From Klebsormidium nitens (taxonomy: Eukaryota; Plantae; Klebsormidiophyceae): a stretch of 64,000 nt of DNA. Each line of letters begins with the position of its first letter. Position 1 is the stretch's first letter. Position numbers and translations under genes: made by a program. Shown one piece after another: positions 1-11,700 of this stretch. The notes under the pieces were generated by a model. That model worked only from the letters and a program-made list of their open reading frames with translations, had not been told where the DNA came from and ran no database searches. Where the stretch lies: positions 186,001 through 250,000 of the forward strand of contig DF237007.1 of NCBI GenBank assembly GCA_000708835.1. Direction: 5' to 3'.

Positions 1-490
1 TGACCAACAGATATCCAGAGTGGCGACGATCAGTGAGGTTCGGGCTTCTAAAATGTCATTGGTACAATCACTTGCGCCATCAAGTCTGAACAAGAAAAGT
101 CTTTGCTTTGGCAACAGATCGACGCAGGCAGACCGCAAGGGGGGACAGAAGACAGGGCGTTTATGATCTTTCGGAGCGTCGATCCAGAAGGGCGAGTCGA
201 TCGAGTGCGCATGCATACGAGGTGGGGACGGCGCAAGATGGGCCTGACAGAAGGCTGGCGCGGAAACCCTAATGCACAAAATCTGACCCTAAAATGACAA
301 AGGAACCAGGACAAGGAAGGAGCGTCCATCGCAGCGGCCGTAAACTGCTGTCGGATCCAGGACTGTACTCGACCCAATCGACCATCGATTCCAAGAAACC
401 TAGTCAACGCTGATACCATTCAGCGGGACTTCCGTTTCTCCGCCTTCGTTAACGAAAACGAAATGGTTTAGGAAAGCGGCCGAGGCTCAC

Positions 491-3400
491 GTTCGTCAGT
501 TCAAAGTATGGCTTCAGGGCTTCCCGCAGCCCCGGCTGGATGAAGGTCGTCCGTTCCGGAATCTCTCCGAGCAGCAGCCGCACGATGGTCGCCCATTTGG
601 TGCATCTACGGACAGGATAGCTCACCATAAGATTGACTGCTTTCGGTCATAAATTCTGCTTTCCCACAACCTCCAGAAAGCGATTGGCATAGGAGTCATC
701 TCACAGGCGAGAGAGTCGAGCTGAGAAGGGCCCGCTCATCGAACTCGTCAGATTCTTTCATTTCGAGCAGCGGAGATTATGAGGGGCCAGAAAGATTCAA
801 AGAGACGAGTGGTTTCCCATTAACAGTCCCCGCCAGATCGAGCATCAAGCTGCCCCCACGAGTCAAGCCAGCACTGGTTGTTCGTGAGCAGATCAATGAA
901 CGTCGCAATGCTCACGCGATCCTGAAGCCCTTGGCAGACTGGGGCGCCTTGCGCAGTGCCTGCAGGAGGCACTCCTTGGCGTCCGTGTATTCCAGCTGGA
1001 TCGCCTGAATGCGGCCCTGGTAGTACAAGTACCGCGACAGCTGCACCAAGAACATTGTCAACAGTCAAAGAGGTTTTCGCGTCTTGTCTGTGTTTGGCAC
1101 AGTGGTTCACACAAATACCGTTCTTTGCAGGATGATTAAGTGTCTGTTCGGGGACCGTGTCTTGTCTGGGGTTCCGTTTTGATGAAGCATGATACGCCAG
1201 GCTGAACGTGGAGGGCCAACTCGTACGTTGATAGTAACAGTGAGACAGGAACTATGGACAGAGACCTGATCTATGCTGCCACTGTGCCTTGACCGAAGTC
1301 GGTACAGGGAAGCATCGAGCACGACAATTGCCGAGAAGTAATCAGTGTAAGCAGCGCGGTGGTCTGCAGGCAACAAGGGGAACGTAGATCATCCCAGAGA
1401 GGACAATCGCAGCTTGCAAGCGACTAGGGAAGGAGAGAGACCCACCCCGACAGCTGAGAATAGAGGCTCACCTGCTGGTTGGACGAAGTCTCTGGCCGCT
1501 GCGTTTTGGCGCGCAGCTTCTCGGCCTGTTCGTACAGGTTGTAGTGCAGATAGTTGCGCAGCAGCAGGTTCAGCAACGTCTCCTGGATTACATCGAGAGC
1601 GGCTCAGAAAGGAGACAACAGAGAAAAGAAACCCGGAGAGACTCTGTAGATCCAACCTGCCCACTAGCCCAGCAGGAGCGAGATTAGTTCGCCAAAAGTT
1701 GCCCCTAAGCCGTACATGGAAAAGATGATAGAACCAAGCAAGCTCCTGAAACCAGCTGATTCCTACTGAAAACAAGCGGCGCTGCACTCAGCTTGTGCAG
1801 AACGGACGCGTCATCAATGTTCCAGAGCGCACAATCGCTCCCCTCAGAATGTGAAAAAGAAAGCTTTACCTGGCCAATCTCGTCATGCCGCAAAGTGGCC
1901 GTTCTGTGTAGCCCCAAGAGTGTGGCCCGGATCGTGTTGAGCTCGTTGGATCGCTCGTACGCCAGCGAGAAGTAAAAGTACACGCGCGCAGCGATGCTGT
2001 CCAGCGTCCTCCGGTTGTAGGTCTGGATACGTTTGATGGCCAGATTGGCCACAGTTTTCGCCTGCAAACAAATTTGGGATGAGTTTCAAGGACCAGGCTT
2101 GATACCCTAGACTTAGAAGTTGTTTCCCTGCTATGCACCCGGAGGAGTATCACAAAATTCCCACAAGCAAGAGACTGGCTGGAACGTCACAGCTTAGGAT
2201 GGCTCGACTGGGCCAAACTTGAACTTCAAAAAGAGTACTGTCATGCGAGGGAGTTAGGCAGCATGAAAGCTCGCAAAGACTGCTGATCTTCCATCACCTT
2301 CCGTCCCTCCTCCAAGCTCTCCCACAAACTTCTAGCACCTCTAAAGAACATGGTTAGCAACCCAGACTTTGCCAGAAAAGCTTGAAGAAGTCGGCTGTAG
2401 AAAAGGTCATGCAGCTTACCACATCAATCTTCTTCTGGTCAATGAAGAACACAAGGCCAACGAGGTACCCGTAAATCTCCACCTCTGGCAGGACTGAATC
2501 CTTTGTGCTCGGCACCCCATCTGCCTGGGTAGATGAGGGTTCCTGCATCCACGAGCATGGCTTTGTGACAGAGCTGATCGGATAAGAAGTGTAGTGCTAA
2601 GTGGTAGTCGCAAAGAATACCGTGATCTGGTGGGACCCTGGAATGTCTTCTTTGAAATCCAGATGCTGATGGATGGTGTTGGACAGACAGGCTCAACAAA
2701 TGCGACACGGAGGCTCCTTGAGATCGTGGAATCAGCAACTCGGACTTCTTTGAGTGGCCATCAGTGAGCTTGGAAACAGCAGTCAACATCAGAGTTGGAC
2801 AAGTGCCTTCTGACTGCGAAAATTGGAAGGACACAACTTACGCTTTGCAGAGCCTGTGTGAGCACCGAGCCAACCTCAAGTTGCTTTGGGAATGTGTGCG
2901 CGAAATTCCGCAGGACCTTTGGAGTGATCTTCTTTTTGGCGGCGGCGGTCTGTCTCAGAGCCCGGGTGACAAAGCGCGGCTCCTTCTGCTCCACCGACCG
3001 CTCTATCAAGCTCACTGCACCTGTCAAATCTGCAGCAGACAATCACATTAGTAGCCGTGTCTGAAATCTGATTCAATAGCGAACTCTGCAACCAGTTAGA
3101 GCATGGAGTCACCCCAACTGACTGGCAGTTGCTGCATGCTTTGCAAACCTGCCTGCGCAATGGACTTCAGCTTTCTGGCCGTCGAAAGCAACATGTGAAT
3201 CGTCGGGTATCATGCTTTTCAAATCATGGAGATGGATATCACCACCTGATTGTTGAACAAGTGATCTGCTTAGAGCTCCTTATCATAGCCTTGCAATTGC
3301 TCACTCATCCGCGAAGCTCAATCTATGGTAAGAAACAACAAACTGGAAATTGATTCTCCCGAGCTGAGCATACGCTTGTCATATTTCAGAATAGATACAA

Positions 3401-3690
3401 AAGCTAGGGGTTGCTCTGAGTTGAGTTAGGCTTAGGGTAGGCCCATAGAACCGCATAAAAACCATGTTGCAGTGCATGATCAACCGGACGGCTGTGAAAG
3501 TGGTGGCCCCCAGAAGCTTCAGCTTCAATAGCGGTATGCATCAGGAATAGATGAAAGGCCCAAGAAAGTGCTTACCAGCCAGTGCAGCTTTCTCTGGATC
3601 CTCTGGCTGAACAGTAGCTGCAGTTGCTGGGGCGGTCGCTGAAGGGGCTGCATCCTTCTCCGCATCCGCCATCTCAACCTCCCGAGCCAT
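491..3690 (-). CDS. RPN3: 26S proteasome non-ATPase regulatory subunit 3 (RPN3/PSMD3); 3' part lies beyond the left edge of the window
   Basis: GT-AG exons at 3690-3576 ([13 protein letters not shown]...), 3029-2842 ([26 protein letters not shown]), ~2545-2420 ([21 protein letters not shown]), 2061-1870 ([25 protein letters not shown]...LRHDEIGQ), 1582-1472 ([26 protein letters not shown]), 1040-916 ([32 protein letters not shown]), 605-491 ([19 protein letters not shown]...PYFELTN). These are hallmark plant RPN3 sequences. The acceptor of exon 3 is uncertain. Confidence 0.95.
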
Positions 3691-4354
3691 GCTTCGATCG
3701 ATCAAACCTCAGGCTAAGGGAGATCGCCTTCCAAGCAGACAATTATATCCTCGTCCTCCGCCCCCAATTCTTCGTTTGGACTACCTACCTTGAAGTTGAA
3801 TTGAACTTGAAGTAGGAAATTGGACTGGCTTGCACACCTGTGCTCACTCTCCTCTTCATACACAGCTCACGAGTGTGAATGGCTTTTATGAGAGCAACTT
3901 TGAAGAAATGGGGGAGAGTTGTAGCTCAAATTATACCCCCGTAGACAGCTCCTGCTTTCAACCCATGATTTCGGTTAGCAACTGTAGATACGGTTAGCCG
4001 GGGTATACCGTATTGTAAATAGGCTATTGGTACCTTCACATTGGTTAGAAATAATTAAAACGTCAGTATTCAACTGGGTCCCTATCTAACAGGAGTTCAA
4101 GTTATGTAAGGGGTTTGCACTAACTTAACGCAGCAGCGCCTAAAACCCGCCAGGCTAACCCAAGCACATTTGCAGTGACCATGCAACAGGATGAGCTGGC
4201 CCGGAAGAATCGAGACTGACCAACTGTGCGAGTTCGAAGGGCGCAGCGGCACAGCTGCAGTGGGCAGATCGAAGAGGTCGTCTTCTGCATAGCAATGCGC
4301 TGCAGGCGGGGATTGTTCGACTAGGTTGGTAATGCCACAGGCCTCATTTAGACC
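3691..4354. promoter_or_regulatory. Short head-to-head intergenic region between RPN3 and KCR (candidate bidirectional promoter)
   Basis: Divergent start codons at 3690 (-) and 4355 (+), 664 bp apart. Function is inferred from geometry only. Confidence 0.45.
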
Positions 4355-6994
4355 ATGGCCACGGGAGGCGCAGCCGGCGACGCACCCAATGCCTCTGTCT
4401 CGCTGTCCGACCAGCTCCGCTCGGCTAGCCCCGAGTACCTCATCCTGGTCGCCCTTGCGGCGCTGGGTTTCCTGGTCCTTCTAAGAGCCCTTTCCCGGTT
4501 CTTGAGAGGCATCTGGTGTGTGTTTTTGCGCCCAGGCAAGAACCTTTCTCACTACGGTAAATGGGCGGTCGTGACAGGTTGCACGGATGGCATTGGCAGG
4601 GGTTTTGCGCTCGAACTGGCACGCAAGAAGCTCTCGGTTGTGCTCATCTCTCGGAATCAGACAAAGCTGGTGGAGCTTGCACAGGAGATTGAGAGCAAGT
4701 ACAAGGTTGAGACGAGGGTTTTGGCAGTGGACTTCACTGAAGGGGGGGAGCTGCAGTCAATCATCGACCGTGTGGAAGCGACACTGTCAGACTTGGATGT
4801 TGGCATCCTCATCAACAATGTGGGGCTGAGCTACCCGCATGCGCAGGTGCGGATTGCTTTATCCTGCTTTGTTTGTCAGATCTGCCTCTTATAATGCATT
4901 TAGCAACGCTGAATGCAGAGAAGGTACTTTAGGTGCCTGTTCTTCTATAATGTGTACAAAATGGTAGATGTTATTCCTTCAGATGAAGATCTTGCCTTCT
5001 CGCAGTTAGGCGTGCAGGTTAGATTACACCATTTTCAACCACTTAGACCCTGTTTGGATCTTCTCTGAGCGCCCTGACTTATGCACCTTTACCAATTAGA
5101 GGTGCTATTTCCAAGATCGACTGCTGTACTTACAGCTTTGTGACACGGCTACTTTTCAGCCATTCCTTTTACGGTCTTTCGACTCAGGGCCAAAGTTCTT
5201 GTTTTCAACCTCTGCAGCGGGGTTTTTCATCCTTTTACGACCATATGACAAAGATTTCTTGCGCCTCCAAGGATACTTTCAAGTGTGCTTGTACGGCGGT
5301 TGCCACCATATGTGCACAGCAAGAGATTGGTATTGAAAGTACGCCAGATATACACGTGAAATAGAGTGGCCGAAATGCACCACCAATTGTTTCGAAGCAC
5401 CTTTTTGACCCTGGTGACAAGACTTCGTTTTTGAAATACCACCACTCCGCCAGAAGAGATGGAACGATTGTACCAAAAGATCATCGGTTCTTTCTTTGGT
5501 GAAGCGGTGGGATAATTACGTGCGTAGAGCGATCATCTGGTGGCGGAACTGTTTGTGACTCCTGAGACACTTCCACTTTCCGGAGTATAGTCTTTGAAGA
5601 ACAGTCATCAAGCGCCCACCAGAGATCCATTTATTACTACAACAGCGCTTCACCTGAACCTGCAATGTGGTTCTGACACAGTGGCAAAATGAAGTATCTA
5701 ATATTACCTTGCACGCTGATACCTTCTTACTTACTGACATACTCAGTTTCACTTCTCCTCGTCAGTATTTGAACATGCTTAACGAGACGCTTCTTCTTGG
5801 AGTATGTTTTGAGAAGACTCAGAAAGCCCCTACCGGAGATCATTTTATCATTAGAGCGCTTATCCTGAAACCGCAAAGCGGTCATGACACACTGGCAATG
5901 TTCTTTAAGTTTGAAACTCAACTTGCACGCTGATATTCTCATACCTGCTGACAAACTTGTTTTGACTTCTCCTTTTCAGTACTTGAACGAGCTCGATGTG
6001 ATGCTGATTGGCGACCTCATCCGTGTGAACGTCGAGGTCACAACGCGGCTGACGAGGTCCGTCATTCCTGGGATGCTGAAGAAACGCCGGGGCGCAATCG
6101 TGAACGTCGGCTCGGGGGCGGCGACCGTGCTTCCATCGGACCCGCTATACGCAGTCTATGCAGGCACAAAAGGGTGAGTCCTTCGTTTCTAGAGAGCTTC
6201 CCGCCTCTAGTTAGGAACCCAGAAATCTGGAAGGGTCTTTCTTTGGTTCTGGCTACCGCTCAGAAACTTTCAAAAATGCCCTCTGCTCTAGCTTAATCTC
6301 CTTTGTGATCAATGTTTATACGCCATCAAGTACCAGAGCCGGGCGATTGGGATTGCTCTGTTCGTGCTCTGATTAGCCCCGTCCTTCATGGTGTTCTTGT
6401 TCGCAGGTTCGTCGACCAGTTCTCTCGCACTCTCGCTGTGGAGTACAAGCAATGGGGCATTGATGTCCAGTGTCAGGTGGGGATGCAAAACGGCTGTCCA
6501 ATGCCTGAGATGTTCTTTGCAGAAGCCACGACTTATCAAGCGCCCCTCTAGTTCTGGTCCTGCTGTTTGAGAAAATATTGCATCTGGATTCGTGCAATGC
6601 GTTCTGCCTAAACGCAAGGAACCTGAAGTCGGAAGCAAGTAATAGCCGGTGACAATATGCTTATCACGACTTGATTGGTAGGGAACTCCCTCACACGAAA
6701 GCACGCTTTTTGCTGTTGCAGGCGCCCCTATACGTGGCCACCAAGATGTCCAAGATTCGCAAATCGTCCCTCACCTGTCCGAGCGCCAATGTGTACGCGC
6801 GCTCTGCGCTGAAAGCCATAGGCTATGAGTCCCGCGTGACCCCTTATTGGGCGCACGCCATCATGTGGTGGATAGTGGCGTCGCTGCCGGAGCAAGTCAT
6901 GGACACGATTAGGCTGAAGCAGAATCTGGGGATTCGGAAAAAGGCCCTGAACAAGCATGCACAGAAAAAGATTGGGGAGAAGAAGTCGTCTTAG
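4355..6994 (+). CDS. KCR1: Very-long-chain 3-oxoacyl-CoA reductase (KCR, SDR family)
   Basis: Four phase-compatible exons: 4355-4846, 5980-6173, 6407-6476, 6722-6994. N-terminal membrane anchor, WAVVTGCTDGIG Rossmann motif, LINNVG, catalytic YAVYAGTK (YxxxK), QAPLYVATKM, and a C-terminal KKSS di-lysine ER-retrieval-like signal. Confidence 0.95.
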
Positions 6995-8747
6995 CTAATC
7001 GTAGAAGTCTTTTCTTCTTTTACGAACAGGCGAGTACCCAATGTAGTGAGTAATCAAGGACTGTGCATGTGCTAAGGCTTTGACGATACATTCCCGCGAG
7101 AAGCTCAAGTGCATAACGGTGTGATTGTCTGGGCGCTCAATCAGCGAGTTTCGACGTCTGCCATGTGAAAGTTTTCATGGACTGTACTTTTGCAAAAGTA
7201 CGACCTTGAATTGGTAGCATGTAAGGGAGGCAGATTTGAAAACCCTGAGTACGATCAGTGCGGATATGGCGAGATAGTTGACCATGTCTAGGTTGACAAC
7301 TTTTTACCTTGCTTTCGCGCACAGACGAGGCATGAATGATTTTGATCCAGCTCTCGGGCAGTATAACGGTGCTGGAACCGCGAATGTGTAGAAGTGGAAG
7401 TTGATGCTGTCTATGCCATAACACATGCGACTATGTGTTTGACGCCGGGCCTGCCAGTGCCAAAGTGCGCTAGCTTGTTATGCCGTCCATCAACGGTGTG
7501 CACTCCTGCCTAGCTCTTTACTACATCAATTGACATTCGACGATAATTCTCAATGTATGCAATTAATGTCGGTCATGCATGTAATTCAATTTCCTCCCAT
7601 GTTTTTGAGATATTGCATTGGATCTGGACACGCGACGTGCATGAATGTACAACTTGGCAAGCACAAGTACGTACAGCCAGAACGTACGCTCATATGCTCA
7701 ACGCGTGCGAAAAGTGGAAATGATCTTTCCACAATCTTGCGTGGATTACCTTTGAGAGCCGACAGCGGCTGCATCAAATTCCCGGGGATCGACTTCAGGC
7801 GGGTAGCTTTAATAAAAGTCAAGCAATAGCCTGCCTGCCCGCTATCCACGATATCACGGCCCATGGCCATAGGTCACATGATTACATATATGTGCTGGTG
7901 GCCGGACCCGTGCGATATGACCTGGCGGCAGTCTCTAGTACAGCGTATCAGCGTGACCACATGCCTTTCCTCAAGTGCCCACTGTACGTATTGGCGATGC
8001 ATGGCCGTCACTGATGATTAAGGATCTCCAGATCTGCTACAAATTCTGTTGCGGGCAGCGTGCGGTATGGATCGTGAATGAAGTGCGTGCTAGCTTTTCG
8101 TTCCTAGCCTAGTAGCCTGCCTGCTTTCAATGCATCATTGATGCGGGCGCGAATTGCACGGTGTTCTGTTCGGCCGCATATGCGTGCGAAAGGACAATAG
8201 TGGGTTTGCGAAGAGGCCACGCAATCGTTCATGGAGTGCACCGGTTGCACCCACTAGTATGCATGACGCGACCCGGTGGCACTGGATCAGTAGGGATCGC
8301 GACAATTTGATGACAAATTGTAGCGCTCATCTGGCTTGATTGAACGGGCTACAATATTGACAGTTTGACTTGGACTAGCTGTTGCAGCTTGGCATGCCCA
8401 ATTGCAGAAATTTGCAGTGTTGTGGCCTTTCAGTTTCATTGTGGCTGTACTTGCACGGTAGATCAACTTGCCATCATGTGCTCATTGCCAATCTTTTCCT
8501 TGCATACAATTTTCCCACTCTTGTCGGCTAGGCCTCTTTCAAACTTGGCCCCTCAGCCTTGTTGTGGAGGAAGCCGGGGTTGACCCCCTCCTTCGGGACT
8601 CGATCCATCCTTCTTGCGTCCTTAATTGGGCATTCTTTTGACCCAGTTCAGCCCTTATCCGGCCCCATTTTGGCCTGGGTTTCAACCCCGGCTTGGCCAG
8701 CTTTCGACTCAAGTATGGCTTTCTTTCAACTCCGGTTTGGCCCGCTT

Positions 8748-11700
8748 TCACCCCCGGCTCCTTCCCTCCATCTCCGTTCTTTTCTTGAACCTTTCAATGG
8801 CCGCAAAGAGCTCCCCATCACTGTCCCCCGCGTCCCCTTCCTTGGAAGCGGACACACCCTCCTTCACAGCTGTTTCCAACCCAACTCGCGTCCCCTTTTT
8901 CGCACCCGCCGAATCCTCCTTGACAGCTTCGATTCTGGTGTCCTTCTCAAGGAGCCGCTTTCTGTTGCACTGAAAGTCGCTCCCCTTTCGTTCCTTCCCA
9001 ACTTTCGTAGCCTGTTCTCCCTTCTTCTCTTTCCTCTCCCCTCCTTTTCCAAGCCCCCCAAAAGCACCCCTGCCGGTGCCTTTCGCTCCACATTTTCCTG
9101 TGAACTTGCACTTCAGCAAGTCTTCCACGCTTCGCTTCACTCGTTTCAGGGGAGGCGGGCGCCGCCCTTCCTGACCCCCCTCCCTCAAACCCTGCTCTCC
9201 GCCGTCTTCTCCTGCGCTCTCCGTCTGTTCCGTTCTGTCCGTCTCAGCAGAGTCCGCAACGCTGCCGTTCTGGTCCGACTCCTTTATGGTACCGTCCGAA
9301 CGACTCACAATTCTGTCCGAATCCTTCGATCCGGCGTTCGTACCCTTCATTCCGCTGTCCGCAGCCCCTGTTCCGCCGTCCGGATCGGACCGACTTATGT
9401 CCGACCCCCCGCAAGCAACGTCCAAATCTCCCGCCAAGCCTCGTACGACGGACTCCTCTGGTCGCCCTTCCAAAACCCCTTTGCTCCTCCCGGCTGACTT
9501 CCCGGCAGTGCCTCGAACTTGCGACCCGCTTTTTCCTGCAACCTTGCACTTCAGCAGATCGTCCACGCTTCGCTTCCCTCGTTTCAGGGGGGGCGGGCGC
9601 CGCGTTGCCTCTTCCCCCTTCTCCGAACCGTTCCCCTTGCCCTCCTCTGCTGTGCTCTCATGCGAATCAACACCGTCCGAATGCCGCTCAGACCGGTCGG
9701 ACGCTTTCGTACCGCTGTCCGAATATGCCACCCTATCACGATCGGACGCTTCCTGGGCTTGCACGACATCCATATCGCACGCGTTTAGCCGATGCGCTCC
9801 CTTCTCGGGCCCTGTTTTCCGGAAGTCGAACTGCAGGAGCTCTTCGGCGCTGCTGTGGCTCCCGTTCAACGAGGCCGGGGACGACGCCTCCGCGGGGGCT
9901 GCCGCTGGGGGCCCCGTTTGGTCCGCGCTCGCTTCCGGAGAGTCCTTCCGTTCGTTCTGGCCGGCGTTCGGAGGAGGCGAGACAGGGCCCTTCGCAGGCG
10001 GAGACGCTTCCTGCAATGTAACAACAAAAATTTGTCAGCATTGAAAATGGCTAGAACGGATGGGGCCCCCGCTTTATTCACGATCGCATCCGGAGACTCC
10101 TTCGGTTCGTACTGGTGGTCTGGATTTCTCAGGAGGCGAGACGAGGCCTTTCGCAGGCGGAAACGCTTCCTCCGATGCAGTCATTAGAAGATATCAGCAT
10201 TGAGAAAGCTGAAATGGATAGTGAACCCCGTTGTGAGCGCGCTTGCGTCTAGAGACTCTTTCCTGTCGTTCCTTATCGAGATCCGCAGGAGGCGAGACAA
10301 GGCCTCTCGCGGGCGAGCCAAGTCTCGTAAGTCCCACGAGAACGAACTGAGGCGCAGTCAATCGTGATCCTCCGGTCCTTTCAAACTAGTGGCGAATGCA
10401 TCGGCTCCCGAGAGGAACACAGCTGTGCAAGAGACACCATATCCACGTGTCCGCACCTCGTCGCTCCCCAGGTCGACAAACTCCGCAGGCCGCTTCTTCT
10501 TGACACGTGGCACAAAGCTGAGCTTCCGCTGCTTCGGATCGTCGTTCTTCGCCAGGCGCGCCTCACTAGCGCGCCGCTTGGTCTGCAGTGACGTCACCTT
10601 GGAGTGGCAGGGGACGCATAGCGTGCGCAGGTTCTTCAAGTCGCACTCGCCTGAAGGGGCGAGAGTGACGTCAAGGGAAGGGTGACGTCAGTTTGGCGTG
10701 GCAGGGGCGACAATTGTCTGCCAGGTCTTTGCGTTGCACTCGCATCGGGCCCAGGGCCGGGTATGACGTGGATCGGAGCAGCTTTCAGCATAAGCAGTGA
10801 TTGTGAGAGTAGTCAGGAGACGCTGATACGGCACGCATCTGAAGGATTCAACGTCTAAAAGGACCCAAGAGTCTTGCATCAGAAGAGCAGACACCGCAGT
10901 ACAGCGATTTCGTTAAAGAGCAGGATAGCGAGATTCATCTGCCACAAAGCGACCAATGAATCACAAATTTCAGAAGTTGAAGCTTCATCTTTGGGCATCG
11001 TTGCGGGTTAAGGCTGCCGAGCATTTCGGTCAACGACAAAAGAAATGTCACTTATCTCTGCCAAGATACAACGTTAACTCTTGTCTTTTGCAATCGAGAA
11101 ACGGGTCCGTCTAGCACTTGGAAATCAACGTTTCGGCTTTGAGATGAATCTGCAGGGTTCAGAGTCAAGGGTACACGATTCAGGGGCTGGAGCTTTTGCT
11201 TTTTAGATTAGGGTTTCGGGTTTGCGGCTCACCCCCGCCCTCGTAAACGGCCACGATGTGGTCGGCGTGCCAGGCGTTGCCCTCGTTAAAGTTGGCCAGC
11301 AGATAGTCTAGTCTCTTGGGGTAGTCCAGGAATGCGGGAGCCATCTCCAGAATGGACTTGCGGCGCTGCTCGTTGGACAGGCCCTTCAGAGTGGTCACCT
11401 GGGTTGGTATAAAGGGAGCGGTTGGGAGAATTTAGAGGAACAAAAAGGTAATGACAAAAGAACAGATGAGGAAGATACTGGCGGTCTGTCGGACGGGCCA
11501 CACAAAGATGATCACACGGCTTTTGCCGAAGGGCTGCTAGAAAGTGATTGTAAATCGAGTGTAATCAAAAGAGGTAATGCACGGAAAGGAGAGGAGGTAA
11601 AGTTCAATGGCCATGCGATGCTGCCCTTTTTATCAGGGCCCTTCGGAGTGGTCCTCTGAGTTTTAATGAGGGCAGTGATTGAGAATGAGATGAAAAGAAG

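Noticed and set aside
48-419. 123-aa minus-strand ORF with a faint resemblance (QQFTAAA) to the next expected RPN3 exon
   Set aside because: No usable acceptor or in-phase RPN3 sequence. At most a heavily decayed echo, which cannot be tested because the true exon is outside the window.
7100-8560. Short ORFs between KCR and ZRANB3 3' ends
   Set aside because: No motifs, codon bias or splice support; treated as UTR/intergenic.
8559-10044. Long plus-strand ORFs (312, 252, 138 aa)
   Set aside because: Antisense shadows of the purine-rich ZRANB3 terminal exon; low complexity, no motifs.
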